Origin: an uncultured virus (IMG/VR IMGVR_UViG_3300032093_000079)
Lineage: Duplodnaviria; Heunggongvirae; Uroviricota; Caudoviricetes
Length of the DNA: 64,000 nt
Reading direction: 5' to 3' (one strand)
Virus record (IMG/VR): IMGVR_UViG_3300032093_000079
Part shown: one piece after another, positions 38,058-48,245 of the stretch
How positions within the stretch are numbered: the stretch's first letter is position 1
Layout: each line of letters begins with the position of its first letter
Made by a program: the position numbers and the translations under genes
The notes under the pieces: generated by a model
What the model was told of the DNA's origin: nothing
The model's database searches: none
What the model saw: only the letters and a program-made list of their open reading frames with translations

Positions 38058-38492
38058 TTGAAACACATACTTGAAAGAGAAGAATTCATGGACATTCAAG
38101 GCATTGACTGGAAAGGAATCAGATTCGTTCGATTAGAATCCGAAGGAAACTTAATGAATTTGGGAGTGATCCTTCCTGGAGAGAATGAACCCAATCCAGA
38201 AATACAGTTGACCATACAGGTCATCTACGATTATCTATATCAGCCTCACATAACTCTCGGAGAAGAAATCAGAAGAAAGGGACTTGCTACCAAGATTTAT
38301 CGAGCCCTAATCCAAAGGCTGGGCCATCTCTATTCTGGAAAAGGTCGTCGTCAGAACCCAATGGTGGATAAGATCTGGAACAAGCTAAAGAGTGATCCTT
38401 CGATAGACTGTGCAAGTAGCGAAATAGGTGATGCGTGCTGGACGCTAGACAATCCTGATGGAGAAGATATCCGAGCTTTTATCGAAGGATAG
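38058..38492 (+). CDS. GNAT-like protein with CTS-like N-terminus
   Basis: TTG start, MKHILEREEF; IRRKGLATKIY acetyl-CoA-binding-like motif. Confidence 0.55.
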   Translation: MKHILEREEFMDIQGIDWKGIRFVRLESEGNLMNLGVILPGENEPNPEIQLTIQVIYDYLYQPHITLGEEIRRKGLATKIYRALIQRLGHLYSGKGRRQNPMVDKIWNKLKSDPSIDCASSEIGDACWTLDNPDGEDIRAFIEG

Positions 38493-39699
38493 TTAAGCTC
38501 CACTGTTTAAAACTTAAGACTGGTGAAAAGCTTTCGTTCGCTTGCCGAAAATCCATAAAGATCTTTGTAGCCTCATCGCCATCAATTATAAAAGAAGAGT
38601 CCCATCCCTTAGTCTTTACATAAGGAAACTCGCTTGATCTTGAATCTACTGCGATATCTGTGACGGTTCCGATATTTACTAGCCATGAACCTCGACCTAT
38701 CTCCTTAGCTAGAGCGATCTTTTCTCCTTTTCTAATGAGTCGATCAGTTTGCACCGGCAGGTTAAACATTGGTTTCTCCAACCAGTGTAACCACTTCTTG
38801 CCCACCTTTATCTGAACCTCGTTTCCAGTAGCTCCCTTAATCAGCTTAGATTGCAGGATCGGAAGAGCTCCCCAAGTATTAAATTTTTCGTTTTTTTCAA
38901 GCAACCACACCTTTTCAGGAGTAACGTTCATCTGCTTTGGAATAGATTCAAGGCTAAAGGTTGATTCTCTTTCTAGGTCAGGTCGCATTCTGACCACTTC
39001 CTGTTTAATAACTAACGAGTCCTTTAAAAAGGATTCTAGTTGTTGTTCATATGATTCTCCAGAATTAAAATTAAGCGAAATGATTGATATTCCTCCTGGA
39101 GTTAGAATGACCTTGTGTCTTTTCTCAAGCTCTTCACTCGATTCAAGATTTACTGAAAAGACTCTTGAGATCTTAGCTATCTCCGCCTCTCTTTCTGATC
39201 GTAGATGTTCGATTGATTTATTAATTAAAAACTTTTTTTCGCTCGGTGAATTACCGTCAACGTTATAAAGCTTGATCGTAGAGACCTGTGATCCCACCGA
39301 AAAAAGCCAAAAACATTTTCCCGTTCTAAAGACTTCTTTTCCGGTACTAGCATCCGTTCTTTCATAGACTCTAAAGACTGGCTCAACTTCTTCTCCATTA
39401 GAAAGGGTGACCTTAGCTTTTCCCAATCGCAGGATTCCGATATTTCCGACTGGAACGTCGGCCTCACTAAATATCTTACTTTTAGTAGGGTCTGCTATCT
39501 TTGAAAGAACGTCTCTAAAAAACTGTTGAGCCTTTGCCTTTTCATCCGGTGAAGCTGATACTTGTTCTCCTTTCTTGTCAGTAAATCCTATTAACTCGAG
39601 CCGAGCGAGCCTAGTCTCGACTCTTTCTAAATAATGAGAACCTCCATCTTTTTTTAGAGTTAGTGCCTCGTTTATGAAACTTTGGAAATCCTTTAACAA
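38479..39699 (-). CDS. Hypothetical protein with CTS-like motifs at both ends
   Basis: MLKDFQSFINE; C-terminal NES..VLSFKQW. Confidence 0.65.
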   Translation of the reverse strand: MLKDFQSFINEALTLKKDGGSHYLERVETRLARLELIGFTDKKGEQVSASPDEKAKAQQFFRDVLSKIADPTKSKIFSEADVPVGNIGILRLGKAKVTLSNGEEVEPVFRVYERTDASTGKEVFRTGKCFWLFSVGSQVSTIKLYNVDGNSPSEKKFLINKSIEHLRSEREAEIAKISRVFSVNLESSEELEKRHKVILTPGGISIISLNFNSGESYEQQLESFLKDSLVIKQEVVRMRPDLERESTFSLESIPKQMNVTPEKVWLLEKNEKFNTWGALPILQSKLIKGATGNEVQIKVGKKWLHWLEKPMFNLPVQTDRLIRKGEKIALAKEIGRGSWLVNIGTVTDIAVDSRSSEFPYVKTKGWDSSFIIDGDEATKIFMDFRQANESFSPVLSFKQWSLTILR

Positions 39700-39751
39700 A
39701 CTGGGAACATTTCTTATTATTTATCGAATAAATAACAAAAAAGCCGATCGA

Positions 39752-41125
39752 ATGTCAAACTCTAACAAGTTTTGTGCAACTTCATTTGAAGCGTTTGCAC
39801 TGTTTGAAGATTCTAATTTAAGTAAAATGGGTCTTCCTAAAGAAATGATCCGAAAGATTCACACTAAAGAAGAGCACTACACCGAAAAATATCCTCAAAT
39901 GGGACACACATATAAGTCAAGAGCGGCAGTACCTATGCCGTATAAGTACTTTATCCCTTCTCCAGAGATCGATATCCCAGAACCAATCAAGTTAAGGGGT
40001 CGTAAGTCTAACAGAAGCCCATTCCAAGACAAGGAGGTTAAGAGTGAGTACACTGATTTTGCATGGTATCTTCAGTCGATTCCATTTGGAGCGATCCGAA
40101 TCTTCATCGTAAACGAGGACATTGATTTCTTTATGTTCCTATATCACAAGCAACCGAGCAAAGGAGCTACCGGAGAGCAGTATGCGGTAATGGCATGGGA
40201 TCCAGAAAGAAAAAAGGTAGTTGATTATGGATATTCTGAGCTTACCACTAGCGGAGTAGACCGCTCTCAATTAAGAGGAGTTCACGATACTAAGGGAGGA
40301 AACACTAACGGTAAGATTCAGGAATTTGTTCGAGCAGTTACTAGACAAGGAGGTAAAAAATATGCTCCATCTCTAGAAAAACCCCTGTATGTTTACGTAT
40401 TGCCTGTTACTCCAGACTACGAACCGAGAGTCACTAGAGAAGCTAGGACTTCGGCTAAAGGTGAAGCTCTTTCCACAGATTTCTTGAGAGTTTTCGCAGA
40501 TCGTTTCGGCAAACTTGCAAATCGAGCTAGCGATTCGATTAAAGGAAAACTAATTGCTTCGATCGGTTCAGCGTCATATGCTTCAAAGTCTGATCCTGAG
40601 GTTGAAGAATTAGCAAGCGCTCTTGGAGCAGATCCTAGACGAGTTCAATCGTGGTTAATGACTTCCTTTGCAAAGTTCAGAAAGGAGCTTTTTGAAGAGG
40701 GTAGAGGTCGTGTTGAAGGAGCGCCAAGCGCATATACTAAGACTGCTGGATTTGAGCTAGAAAAAGAAAATGATAATGCAAAGATGAAGGGTGTATGGGG
40801 TAACATGTACACCATCTCAACTAAAAGATTTAGCCCGGATGAGGAGAGCACTGATCCTGAGACTGGATTTAGAGAGGCTCAGCCTGAAAAATATAAAAGG
40901 CAATTACCGATTTCTGGTAATTATGCCTCGATTCCAAGCATAATCGCAAACCACACTCTAGACGGGGCAATTGATAAATTCGCAGCATTCCTAGTCACAG
41001 GTAAAATTAAGACTCCTGAAATAAGCATAGCTGGTGCATTAGGAATCACAATGGACGATGCTGACGATGAATTTAAAAAATCATCTACTGCACAAGGAAA
41101 AAGCTCAGGTAACTGGTTATTTTAA
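39752..41125 (+). CDS. Hypothetical protein (late class)
   Basis: Likely start MSNSNKFCATSFEAFALFE after back-to-back late motifs at 39717-39735. Confidence 0.65.
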   Translation: MSNSNKFCATSFEAFALFEDSNLSKMGLPKEMIRKIHTKEEHYTEKYPQMGHTYKSRAAVPMPYKYFIPSPEIDIPEPIKLRGRKSNRSPFQDKEVKSEYTDFAWYLQSIPFGAIRIFIVNEDIDFFMFLYHKQPSKGATGEQYAVMAWDPERKKVVDYGYSELTTSGVDRSQLRGVHDTKGGNTNGKIQEFVRAVTRQGGKKYAPSLEKPLYVYVLPVTPDYEPRVTREARTSAKGEALSTDFLRVFADRFGKLANRASDSIKGKLIASIGSASYASKSDPEVEELASALGADPRRVQSWLMTSFAKFRKELFEEGRGRVEGAPSAYTKTAGFELEKENDNAKMKGVWGNMYTISTKRFSPDEESTDPETGFREAQPEKYKRQLPISGNYASIPSIIANHTLDGAIDKFAAFLVTGKIKTPEISIAGALGITMDDADDEFKKSSTAQGKSSGNWLF

Positions 41126-41126
41126 G

Positions 41127-41753
41127 ATGAAACATATACTATCAATTAATGAGTGGAGAACTTTAAATGAAGATATCGAATCTACTGAAGGTTCCGAAAG
41201 CACAACAGCTGCCGATATCACATCAGCTGAGCTTAAAACTGCAGTAACTGTTGTCAATGGATTGATATCTAGGGGTTTCACTAAAAATGAGGCAGTTAGC
41301 TTAGCTGGAAACATGTCAGTTGAATCAAGATTCAATACTGCTGCAACTGACGGTAAAGCAGTCGGTCTATGTCAATGGCAGGGAGCAAGATTAAAGGCGC
41401 TAAAAGCGTTCGCAGCAGCGAAAGAAAAAGCTCACACCGATCTTGAGACACAAATGGATTTCGTAAAGCACGAAATGAAAGACTATTATCTACCTTATGT
41501 GAGCGGAGTGCCAAAGGACTTAGTATACATTAATTCAGGAACATCTACTGTTCCAAAATACACTAAGACTAGAAAGGAACTAACTAAGACTCAAGCAATA
41601 TCTAGAGATTTTGAAACTGCGACTATTGCTGGAAAAAACGTGAGTGATCTAACTAAGGAATTATGTAATAGAGTATTTAAGCCTACTGCTTCTCTTTCTC
41701 ACATGGATAGAAGAGTTGCTAATGCTATAAAGATAAAAACGGCGGTCGGTTAA
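41127..41753 (+). CDS. Phage tail-type lysozyme domain protein with CTS-like N-terminus
   Basis: MKHILSINEW..LNE; AGNMSVESRFN, GLCQWQGAR, QMDFVKHEM, RRVANA. Confidence 0.75.
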   Translation: MKHILSINEWRTLNEDIESTEGSESTTAADITSAELKTAVTVVNGLISRGFTKNEAVSLAGNMSVESRFNTAATDGKAVGLCQWQGARLKALKAFAAAKEKAHTDLETQMDFVKHEMKDYYLPYVSGVPKDLVYINSGTSTVPKYTKTRKELTKTQAISRDFETATIAGKNVSDLTKELCNRVFKPTASLSHMDRRVANAIKIKTAVG

Positions 41754-42167
41754 TTAGTCTTCAATGGAGATCCCATTTTCTTGGCGATACTCTAACTCTT
41801 TTTTGTATAACTCGTTCGCAATGCTCTCTCCGAGCCCACGTTCTTCATTATAAATGATACACGCTCGTAACCATTCGTCGCTCATCTTTGACATCGGCAC
41901 CCAAGTAAGAGGCTGTCTACCGTCCTTACCTCGACCTCCGCGGTGAAAACTTTCACGAATCACTTCAAATGGAGAATCCTCATATATAGTCAGCTCTTCA
42001 TATGGAGCCTCTTCATGAACGGTGCGTCGTAAGTATTCATTACCTCCATCTACCATGTATTCAAGCCCGTTTTTATCAGTATATGTCACATAATCATGAC
42101 GATGCATCGATCTTAGGACGGTTCCGTCCGGCGTCCTGATCTGGTTTAGAATGATTCTTTTTTCCAT
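41754..42167 (-). CDS. Conserved phage hypothetical protein
   Basis: SMHRHDYV...MVDGG.EYLRR...GKDGRQPL. Confidence 0.7.
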   Translation of the reverse strand: MEKRIILNQIRTPDGTVLRSMHRHDYVTYTDKNGLEYMVDGGNEYLRRTVHEEAPYEELTIYEDSPFEVIRESFHRGGRGKDGRQPLTWVPMSKMSDEWLRACIIYNEERGLGESIANELYKKELEYRQENGISIED

Positions 42168-42367
42168 TAGTCTAAGTTTATTTTATATCTTACTTCAACA
42201 TCCCTTTTGGTTCCTATCTCAACCTTGCCTAGGGAATATTCATATGCATCCTCATGTACTACCATGTACATGTCATTAAAGCCCGTCCTAATCACGTGTA
42301 TTAATTCTGGAGCTTCATCAAGCTGAAAGCATCTAGCTGTGCTGGGTAATTCTTTCCAATCAGTCAT
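42167..42367 (-). CDS. Hypothetical protein
   Basis: Operon ORF. Confidence 0.5.
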   Translation of the reverse strand: MTDWKELPSTARCFQLDEAPELIHVIRTGFNDMYMVVHEDAYEYSLGKVEIGTKRDVEVRYKINLD

Positions 42368-42370
42368 GGG

Positions 42371-42775
42371 TTAATCAGTTTTTATATCAGTCATGTGTAA
42401 AACGTACTCTGAGTTTTTCGTCTTGAACCTTATTTTTCGATATTCATTAGACTTTTTATCCTCAACTATCTCAGTCACCTCAGTCGTCATCCAATCGTAT
42501 CCTGAAGCCAACGGAGATCCGCCATTTTCTGAATTGATGGTATATGGACCTAGACAGAGACTAAATCCGACTTGCGGCTCAGTGTGCACAGCCTTTCCTC
42601 GACCGCCCTCTGTCCATTCTACCCATACTAATCTTTTTGCAACATTACTGCGCCCATCTCCTAACCTCTGAAGAAAGATTGGATAGTTACAGATATCACA
42701 CTTATTACAGACGATGTCGTGAAGCTTCTGACGATGCTGGGTAGGTTTTTCGCAAGACTTACAATATACTTTCAT
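42371..42775 (-). CDS. Hypothetical protein with N-terminal zinc ribbon
   Basis: CKSC...CNKC; WMTTEVTEI...FKTKNSEY. Confidence 0.6.
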   Translation of the reverse strand: MKVYCKSCEKPTQHRQKLHDIVCNKCDICNYPIFLQRLGDGRSNVAKRLVWVEWTEGGRGKAVHTEPQVGFSLCLGPYTINSENGGSPLASGYDWMTTEVTEIVEDKKSNEYRKIRFKTKNSEYVLHMTDIKTD

Positions 42776-42792
42776 TTTAAGATAAATTACTA

Positions 42793-43161
42793 TTATTCTT
42801 CAAAAGATAAAACTTTTTTCGTGTATTCCACTAGGTCGGACCAGATCCCTTTAAAGGTGATTGCTCGGACCTTTCTATTATCGATCCAAACATATTCCTC
42901 GCCGTCTTTAATTCTGGGTTTGTCCATCACCAACGAGTGATATCGAAAACCTTCTTTTCTTAACCATAATTCAGTTACCTCACGGTCCTTGGATTCTCGA
43001 GCAGTAAAGAAATGGATTTGTGCACCCTTCTCGTACCAATCATTACACCTTTCTCGTGCACCTTCGATCGGCTTAGCTGAATAGTATAGGTAAGATTCCT
43101 CGTTCTTAATGTCTTCACAAACGGTTCCGTCGATATCAATTAGCAGTATGTACTTCTCCAT
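42793..43161 (-). CDS. HAD-superfamily phosphatase-like protein
   Basis: IDIDGT, FFTAR, MDKPR, WIDN. Confidence 0.8.
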   Translation of the reverse strand: MEKYILLIDIDGTVCEDIKNEESYLYYSAKPIEGARERCNDWYEKGAQIHFFTARESKDREVTELWLRKEGFRYHSLVMDKPRIKDGEEYVWIDNRKVRAITFKGIWSDLVEYTKKVLSFEE

Positions 43162-43405
43162 TATTTAGGTGTATTGGGTTTTTACAGTCTCCCTTATGTG
43201 ATCCCCACTGGCGGCTACCGGCGTCAACCACTATGTATTCACAGCCGTCCAATAAGTATACATCATACTGTTGATTACAGTATTTAGATGACTTATCTAA
43301 GTATCTTACTGGCGTGTGTTTTTTAGAATTAGAGTCTTCGATCACACAGGAACGAAACAGCAATATGGTTAAAATAAGTATCGAAAATCGAAATAAGCCA
43401 GACAT
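43136..43405 (-). CDS. Putative lipoprotein
   Basis: Likely start MSGLFRFSILILTILLFRSC; DGCEY...HKGDCKNPIH. Confidence 0.6.
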   Translation of the reverse strand: MSGLFRFSILILTILLFRSCVIEDSNSKKHTPVRYLDKSSKYCNQQYDVYLLDGCEYIVVDAGSRQWGSHKGDCKNPIHLNNGEVHTAN

Positions 43406-43406
43406 G

Positions 43407-43724
43407 TTAGTTTTTAAAATTTTTATAAAAGTCTTTACCTGAACCCTCAACGTAGTGAACGGATACTCCACCCGGTGTATGTAGCTCAATGAACATTGGA
43501 TTTCCAGAATAAGTACAGAAAGTCGTGGTGTACTCTATGTTTTTAAGCTCAGTGATAAAGTTCCTGTTCTCACCCAAGATCTTTAAGGAAGCTCCCTTAA
43601 TATCTAACTCTTCTGAGATCATGATCTTTATACAGCCAGTGTCGATAGCGACTGCTTTAAAATCGTTTAGTTCGGGTTTGGTGTGCTTATCCACTTTACA
43701 ATCATTAATTTTCAAGTCTTGCAT
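43407..43724 (-). CDS. Hypothetical protein
   Basis: 105-aa ORF. Confidence 0.55.
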   Translation of the reverse strand: MQDLKINDCKVDKHTKPELNDFKAVAIDTGCIKIMISEELDIKGASLKILGENRNFITELKNIEYTTTFCTYSGNPMFIELHTPGGVSVHYVEGSGKDFYKNFKN

Positions 43725-43851
43725 ATTTAGTAGACTATACTATTATTTAATGATAAAATACACAAGTAATCTTAAAATTAAAAACTAGTTCGTTAAATAG
43801 TGTATAATTTTTATCTAGTGATAAAATAAATAAGATAAAAAGGACCCAATT

Positions 43852-45786
43852 ATGTCATACCTTTTAAACTATAAAAAATGGTCTGCTCTCTACGAACAAG
43901 CCAAAGCGGATGCTGCTCTACTTGAAGACGGAGGAGATGATCTTATTGCAGCAGATGGAAAAACAGCAAAGGTCGATGGCAGTAAGATTAAGCCTAAAGA
44001 AGATGAAAAACTTCCTAGTGATATAGTAAAAAGAATTGAATATTTAGTAGATAAATCTGTCGATACTGATTCGGTGGCAGTAAAAAATACAGCTAAACCT
44101 TCAGGATATTGGATTAGACCATGGGATGCTATCATGGATTGGATGTACGCAAAGGGAGATCCAGGAAAAGAAAATAATAATGTTAAAAAACTCATAGAGT
44201 ATACTCCAAGTCTTGAGAAAAGATTTGAGTCAACTAAACCTTCTATGAAAAAAGAAGACATTGCTAGGTGCATGGAATACTGGCACGGAATAATGGATAC
44301 TTCAAATACATCAAATAATTATGGGGTTGCTGATAGTAATCAGTTGATTAAACAATTGGAACAATTAAGTGATCCTAAGAAAGTTAAATCTTTAATAGAG
44401 AGTGGATGGAACGCTAAATCTAAAACTGGATATCCTTTAACTAAATTTAATACTAATATGGATCCTGAATATGAGTTTGAGGGAACCAAATATAGTGCAG
44501 GAAAAAATGCATCAATTGATTTCGACCAGTCATTAATCGTTGAAAAGAGTAAAATTCTTTTACAAAAGGCAAAAGAAACGTTTGAGCAAAGCGGAAAATC
44601 AAGAAGAGATGCATTAGCTGATATGTTTTCTCCTGGAATGAAAAGTGATAATGTATGGTTTTCAATCGATGATATTAAAAAGGGAAGAGAACAAACTGGC
44701 CGTTTTTGGTTATGGTATAAAATAATATCTGACGAGGCACAATTTAAAAAACTATTAGATCGATTTGAGAATCCTACTTATGTTAGGACGTTATTTACAA
44801 AAATGACTGATCAAGATAAGATCAACATCATTAATGGAATAATGGAAATGTCAAGGGCTAGGTGGGGAAAAAGCACAAGCCTTAATCCAGAGGCAGCAAT
44901 ATATCTGGCATCTTCTATTACTTGGTGGCCAGCTGATGCACAGGAAACTATGCCTAAGCCTATAGTAGTCACTCAAGGTAGCGAAGGAACTGAAGTTGAG
45001 GTTGAAAACGAATGGGATTTCGCTTGGCCGTATGCCAAAGGTAAGGGCGTAGGTGCAGAACTTGCGATGACTTATTTTAAAAGCGATCAAGCAGTAATAC
45101 AAGACGGTAAGGATAAGGAAATTGAGAATGCAGTCAAAGAAATATTGGCTGAAATCGCTAATAAAAAAGGAAAGCTTATCTCTTTAACTTATAGAATAGT
45201 CGCATCAACTAGTGATGAGCCTTCTGCATATCAACCGAATGGGACTATCGGTAAACCTTACTCGACTAAAAATAATGAATATTTAGTTGTAGCTAGAGCT
45301 AAGGTAATTGAAACTGCATTAACGAATGCAATCAATACTCTCGGAATAGATAAGACACTAGTAAAGAAAGAAGGTGAGACTCTTATTGCTAATAATACTT
45401 TACCGGACGGCAGCGCTAAGTATCAAGATAAAAAATGGATGCGACTTGACCACAAAGATCCTAGAGCAACTCAACAGACTGATGCAGAATATCGAGCATT
45501 GTTTGCTAAACCTAAATACTCAGGAATCCTGTTTAATGTTGTATACATGACAATTGAAAAATCAACAACTCCTCCGACTCCGGACGAGACTGTTGTATCA
45601 GATTATGAAGTAGTCGGAGAATGGCTATATCAAATCAGATGGCAAGGTGGAGGTTCAACTAGTAGAAAAAGAAGAAGAACTCGACCTAGAAAAGCAATTA
45701 GAGGAATTAATTGGGACAAAATTTTTCCAGATATGCCTGCAGGCGGAGGATGGAGCGTTGAAGATCTATGCGATGCATATGGCTAG
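43852..45786 (+). CDS. Large protein with CTS-like N-terminus and possible OmpA-C-like domain
   Basis: MSYLLNYKKWSALYE; F......I...ASTS...NNEYLVVARAKVI..AL. Confidence 0.6.
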   Translation: MSYLLNYKKWSALYEQAKADAALLEDGGDDLIAADGKTAKVDGSKIKPKEDEKLPSDIVKRIEYLVDKSVDTDSVAVKNTAKPSGYWIRPWDAIMDWMYAKGDPGKENNNVKKLIEYTPSLEKRFESTKPSMKKEDIARCMEYWHGIMDTSNTSNNYGVADSNQLIKQLEQLSDPKKVKSLIESGWNAKSKTGYPLTKFNTNMDPEYEFEGTKYSAGKNASIDFDQSLIVEKSKILLQKAKETFEQSGKSRRDALADMFSPGMKSDNVWFSIDDIKKGREQTGRFWLWYKIISDEAQFKKLLDRFENPTYVRTLFTKMTDQDKINIINGIMEMSRARWGKSTSLNPEAAIYLASSITWWPADAQETMPKPIVVTQGSEGTEVEVENEWDFAWPYAKGKGVGAELAMTYFKSDQAVIQDGKDKEIENAVKEILAEIANKKGKLISLTYRIVASTSDEPSAYQPNGTIGKPYSTKNNEYLVVARAKVIETALTNAINTLGIDKTLVKKEGETLIANNTLPDGSAKYQDKKWMRLDHKDPRATQQTDAEYRALFAKPKYSGILFNVVYMTIEKSTTPPTPDETVVSDYEVVGEWLYQIRWQGGGSTSRKRRRTRPRKAIRGINWDKIFPDMPAGGGWSVEDLCDAYG

Positions 45787-45788
45787 AA

Positions 45789-46388
45789 CTAGTAAGTTCT
45801 ATTTGTTATCAATAATGTAGACACTATCCGGTATTTTCCATGCCTGTTGACATAGACTTTTTGATATACTCCACAAACAGTTGCTTCTTTTTTCAATAGA
45901 GTTGAATTATGGCCCGGAGATTCAATCCAATAGTTTAAAACACATAGTGCAGATAGGCTGGGATCAATTTTTCCAGCCTTAATATTTTGAATCCACTGAT
46001 CTCCTGAAATCTGATGTTTTGCCTCTTTAAATACCATCGGCCCAATATTTAAGCAGTTTTCAGCAACTCGATTACCTACATCTGCATTAAACCGTTTGAT
46101 CCTTGATTCTGGTGAGACTAGGTTTTCGATTAAATGACTTGAATCTCTATTTGTCTCAATGTGAGCTCCTTCATCATAGACTGATAAGTATTCGCAATGA
46201 TGAATGCATGCTTTCGTTAAATTACTATCAAGAATTAGCGAAGTTAGCCCATTTTTATTTCGGTATTCGTTTATCTGATCAAGTAATTGAATCGAAAGAT
46301 CAGCTTTATTTGTTATTAGATTGGCTGGAATCTGTGCATGGGAGATAGTTACGACTAACGTTAAAAGGAAAAGGATCAAGCTTTTCAT
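45789..46388 (-). CDS. CAP/SCP-domain secreted protein
   Basis: Signal peptide; INEYRNKNGL, H..YL, AENC, WIESPGH..LL. Confidence 0.85.
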   Translation of the reverse strand: MKSLILFLLTLVVTISHAQIPANLITNKADLSIQLLDQINEYRNKNGLTSLILDSNLTKACIHHCEYLSVYDEGAHIETNRDSSHLIENLVSPESRIKRFNADVGNRVAENCLNIGPMVFKEAKHQISGDQWIQNIKAGKIDPSLSALCVLNYWIESPGHNSTLLKKEATVCGVYQKVYVNRHGKYRIVSTLLITNRTY

Positions 46389-46444
46389 AATTCTAGTTTA
46401 ATGGTGAATAAGATAATAATACTAAATCTTATTCACCATTAAAA

Positions 46445-46642
46445 TTAGACGCTTGTTGATTTTATGTAGATTTCACGATTAGGATCGTCATAGTTTAGCG
46501 ACATGTCCTTGACTATTGCCAAAAAGATCCAATTCGCTATCCTCTCATCGTCACAGGTGCACATCAATCGATCTGTCGAAACCTCTCCAGTATCTGGATC
46601 AATATCACGATATCGAATCTCAATCATTTGACTCAAGTTCAT
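46445..46642 (-). CDS. Hypothetical protein
   Basis: Operon ORF. Confidence 0.5.
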   Translation of the reverse strand: MNLSQMIEIRYRDIDPDTGEVSTDRLMCTCDDERIANWIFLAIVKDMSLNYDDPNREIYIKSTSV

Positions 46643-46826
46643 TAGATTTTAAAAAATCTCCGTCTGCATCACAATGGGATGGAGGATATCCATGTTTACG
46701 AATGTTTAAGTGCCTCCAAAAACGATTCCAGACCTTAGCCAAGAAATTTGAAACTAGCGAGATCATGATTAGCATTCCAATAAAGTGCCAAAATGAGGTA
46801 AATGTAAATTCTAAAAAAGTCATCAT
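46620..46826 (-). CDS. Small membrane protein
   Basis: FWHFIG TM segment; HGYPP.HCDADGDF. Confidence 0.6.
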   Translation of the reverse strand: MMTFLEFTFTSFWHFIGMLIMISLVSNFLAKVWNRFWRHLNIRKHGYPPSHCDADGDFLKSNELESND

Positions 46827-46827
46827 A

Positions 46828-47247
46828 TTAATTTAGTTTTTTATTTTCGATTGCCTTGCGTATTTTCTCTGCCAGTCTTTTTTCGTATTCTTCATCACAA
46901 AGTGTTACCCACCAGCCTAGATCCCGTCTCAATTTACCCGGACGGCCTGTCTCTTCACAAGTCTCATAGCTCAATGTTTCTGCTTGAGAGATTCGATCAT
47001 GTATTTCCTTTGAGCCATCGTTAATGTAAAAGCGAAGTCCGCCGAATTTTTCTTTAACTTGACAGATCTGTTTATTCCATCCCAATTTGATTAAGTCCTC
47101 TATTAGTTCCTGGATCAGTGGATACCAGCCCTCACCGCATTCGAAACAATAGGAGTCAGTGATGGGAGGACGATCCTTTTGATATCCGTTTTCAAGCCCG
47201 CCTATTGATTGTAAGTAGGCATCCATCTTTTCCTCTAGAGAGTCCAT
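46828..47247 (-). CDS. Conserved phage hypothetical protein
   Basis: GEGWYPLI...QVKEKFGGLRFY...TCE..G.PG. Confidence 0.7.
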   Translation of the reverse strand: MDSLEEKMDAYLQSIGGLENGYQKDRPPITDSYCFECGEGWYPLIQELIEDLIKLGWNKQICQVKEKFGGLRFYINDGSKEIHDRISQAETLSYETCEETGRPGKLRRDLGWWVTLCDEEYEKRLAEKIRKAIENKKLN

Positions 47248-47289
47248 ACCAGTAACGTTTAGACTATTATACTTAAAAAAAGAAAAAGG

Positions 47290-48174
47290 TTAAATAAATC
47301 TTGCGTGATTTTTTTTGATGAAATTTTCCAAGTCTTCAAAATCCATTGGTTTAACTATGCTTTCGATGTCAAAGGAAGGTTCCACTTCTTCTCCGTTGAT
47401 GTATACTGATGTGACAGAATTTGAAACTTCTTCGAGTGTGATTTCTCCTTCTGGTGGAGTATCGTAATTTCCAGAATCATACCACTGACTGTATTTAAAC
47501 TCGCACTCAAAATTTATGCTTAGTTCAAATCGACGAAGATCCTCTTGAGTAAGGGCTTCGTCTAATTCAGGTCGACCCACATAGAGACAATCGAATGATG
47601 CTTCCCAATCTACTGTATCAGTTCCTCGTGAATCGTCACCCTCTACGGTATCGACTATGTCAAAATCAGGTAGAGTCCAATCTAGGACAATGACATTTTT
47701 TCCATCTCCAAAAATGGATTCAAGCGCATCTTCTAACACGATTGAATAGGGAGAAACTGGACCAGCTGATTCGAACACGTAACTTGAGTCAAGTAAGTCT
47801 TCTTCGACTGCATCTAGAGCGTCCTTTAGGTTAGAGTGTTTTAGAGTCTTCCAATGGTATGGAGTCTTGTTGTTATTACGAACGACACTCAGTTTTCCCG
47901 GAGACTTAAAATTAAGGACGTCCTTTAGGGAATCTTCGTCCTTCCAATTGATTCGTATGCCCTTTAGTTTCTTGTCCTCCTTGACCACCCTATAAAAGGT
48001 ATCAGAAAGAAAGAGCATGGTTGCTCCAGGGCGAACTTCTGCCCAATTGTTAACATGGGTCGCAAAGAGATTTTGCTCCCTGTCCTTGCCTCTTGGCTTG
48101 CCCTTGATCAAGACTATTCCCTGCTGTTTCATTGATTCGTTGATAGAATCAAATGACATAACATATCTATTCAT
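47290..48174 (-). CDS. Hypothetical protein with CTS-like N-terminus
   Basis: MNRYVMSFDSINES. Confidence 0.65.
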   Translation of the reverse strand: MNRYVMSFDSINESMKQQGIVLIKGKPRGKDREQNLFATHVNNWAEVRPGATMLFLSDTFYRVVKEDKKLKGIRINWKDEDSLKDVLNFKSPGKLSVVRNNNKTPYHWKTLKHSNLKDALDAVEEDLLDSSYVFESAGPVSPYSIVLEDALESIFGDGKNVIVLDWTLPDFDIVDTVEGDDSRGTDTVDWEASFDCLYVGRPELDEALTQEDLRRFELSINFECEFKYSQWYDSGNYDTPPEGEITLEEVSNSVTSVYINGEEVEPSFDIESIVKPMDFEDLENFIKKNHARFI

Positions 48175-48245
48175 ATTAATATTTATCTTACAAAAAACTT
48201 TTAAAAAGATTAGTAAGATAAATAAAATAAATTATTTTAGTTGTC

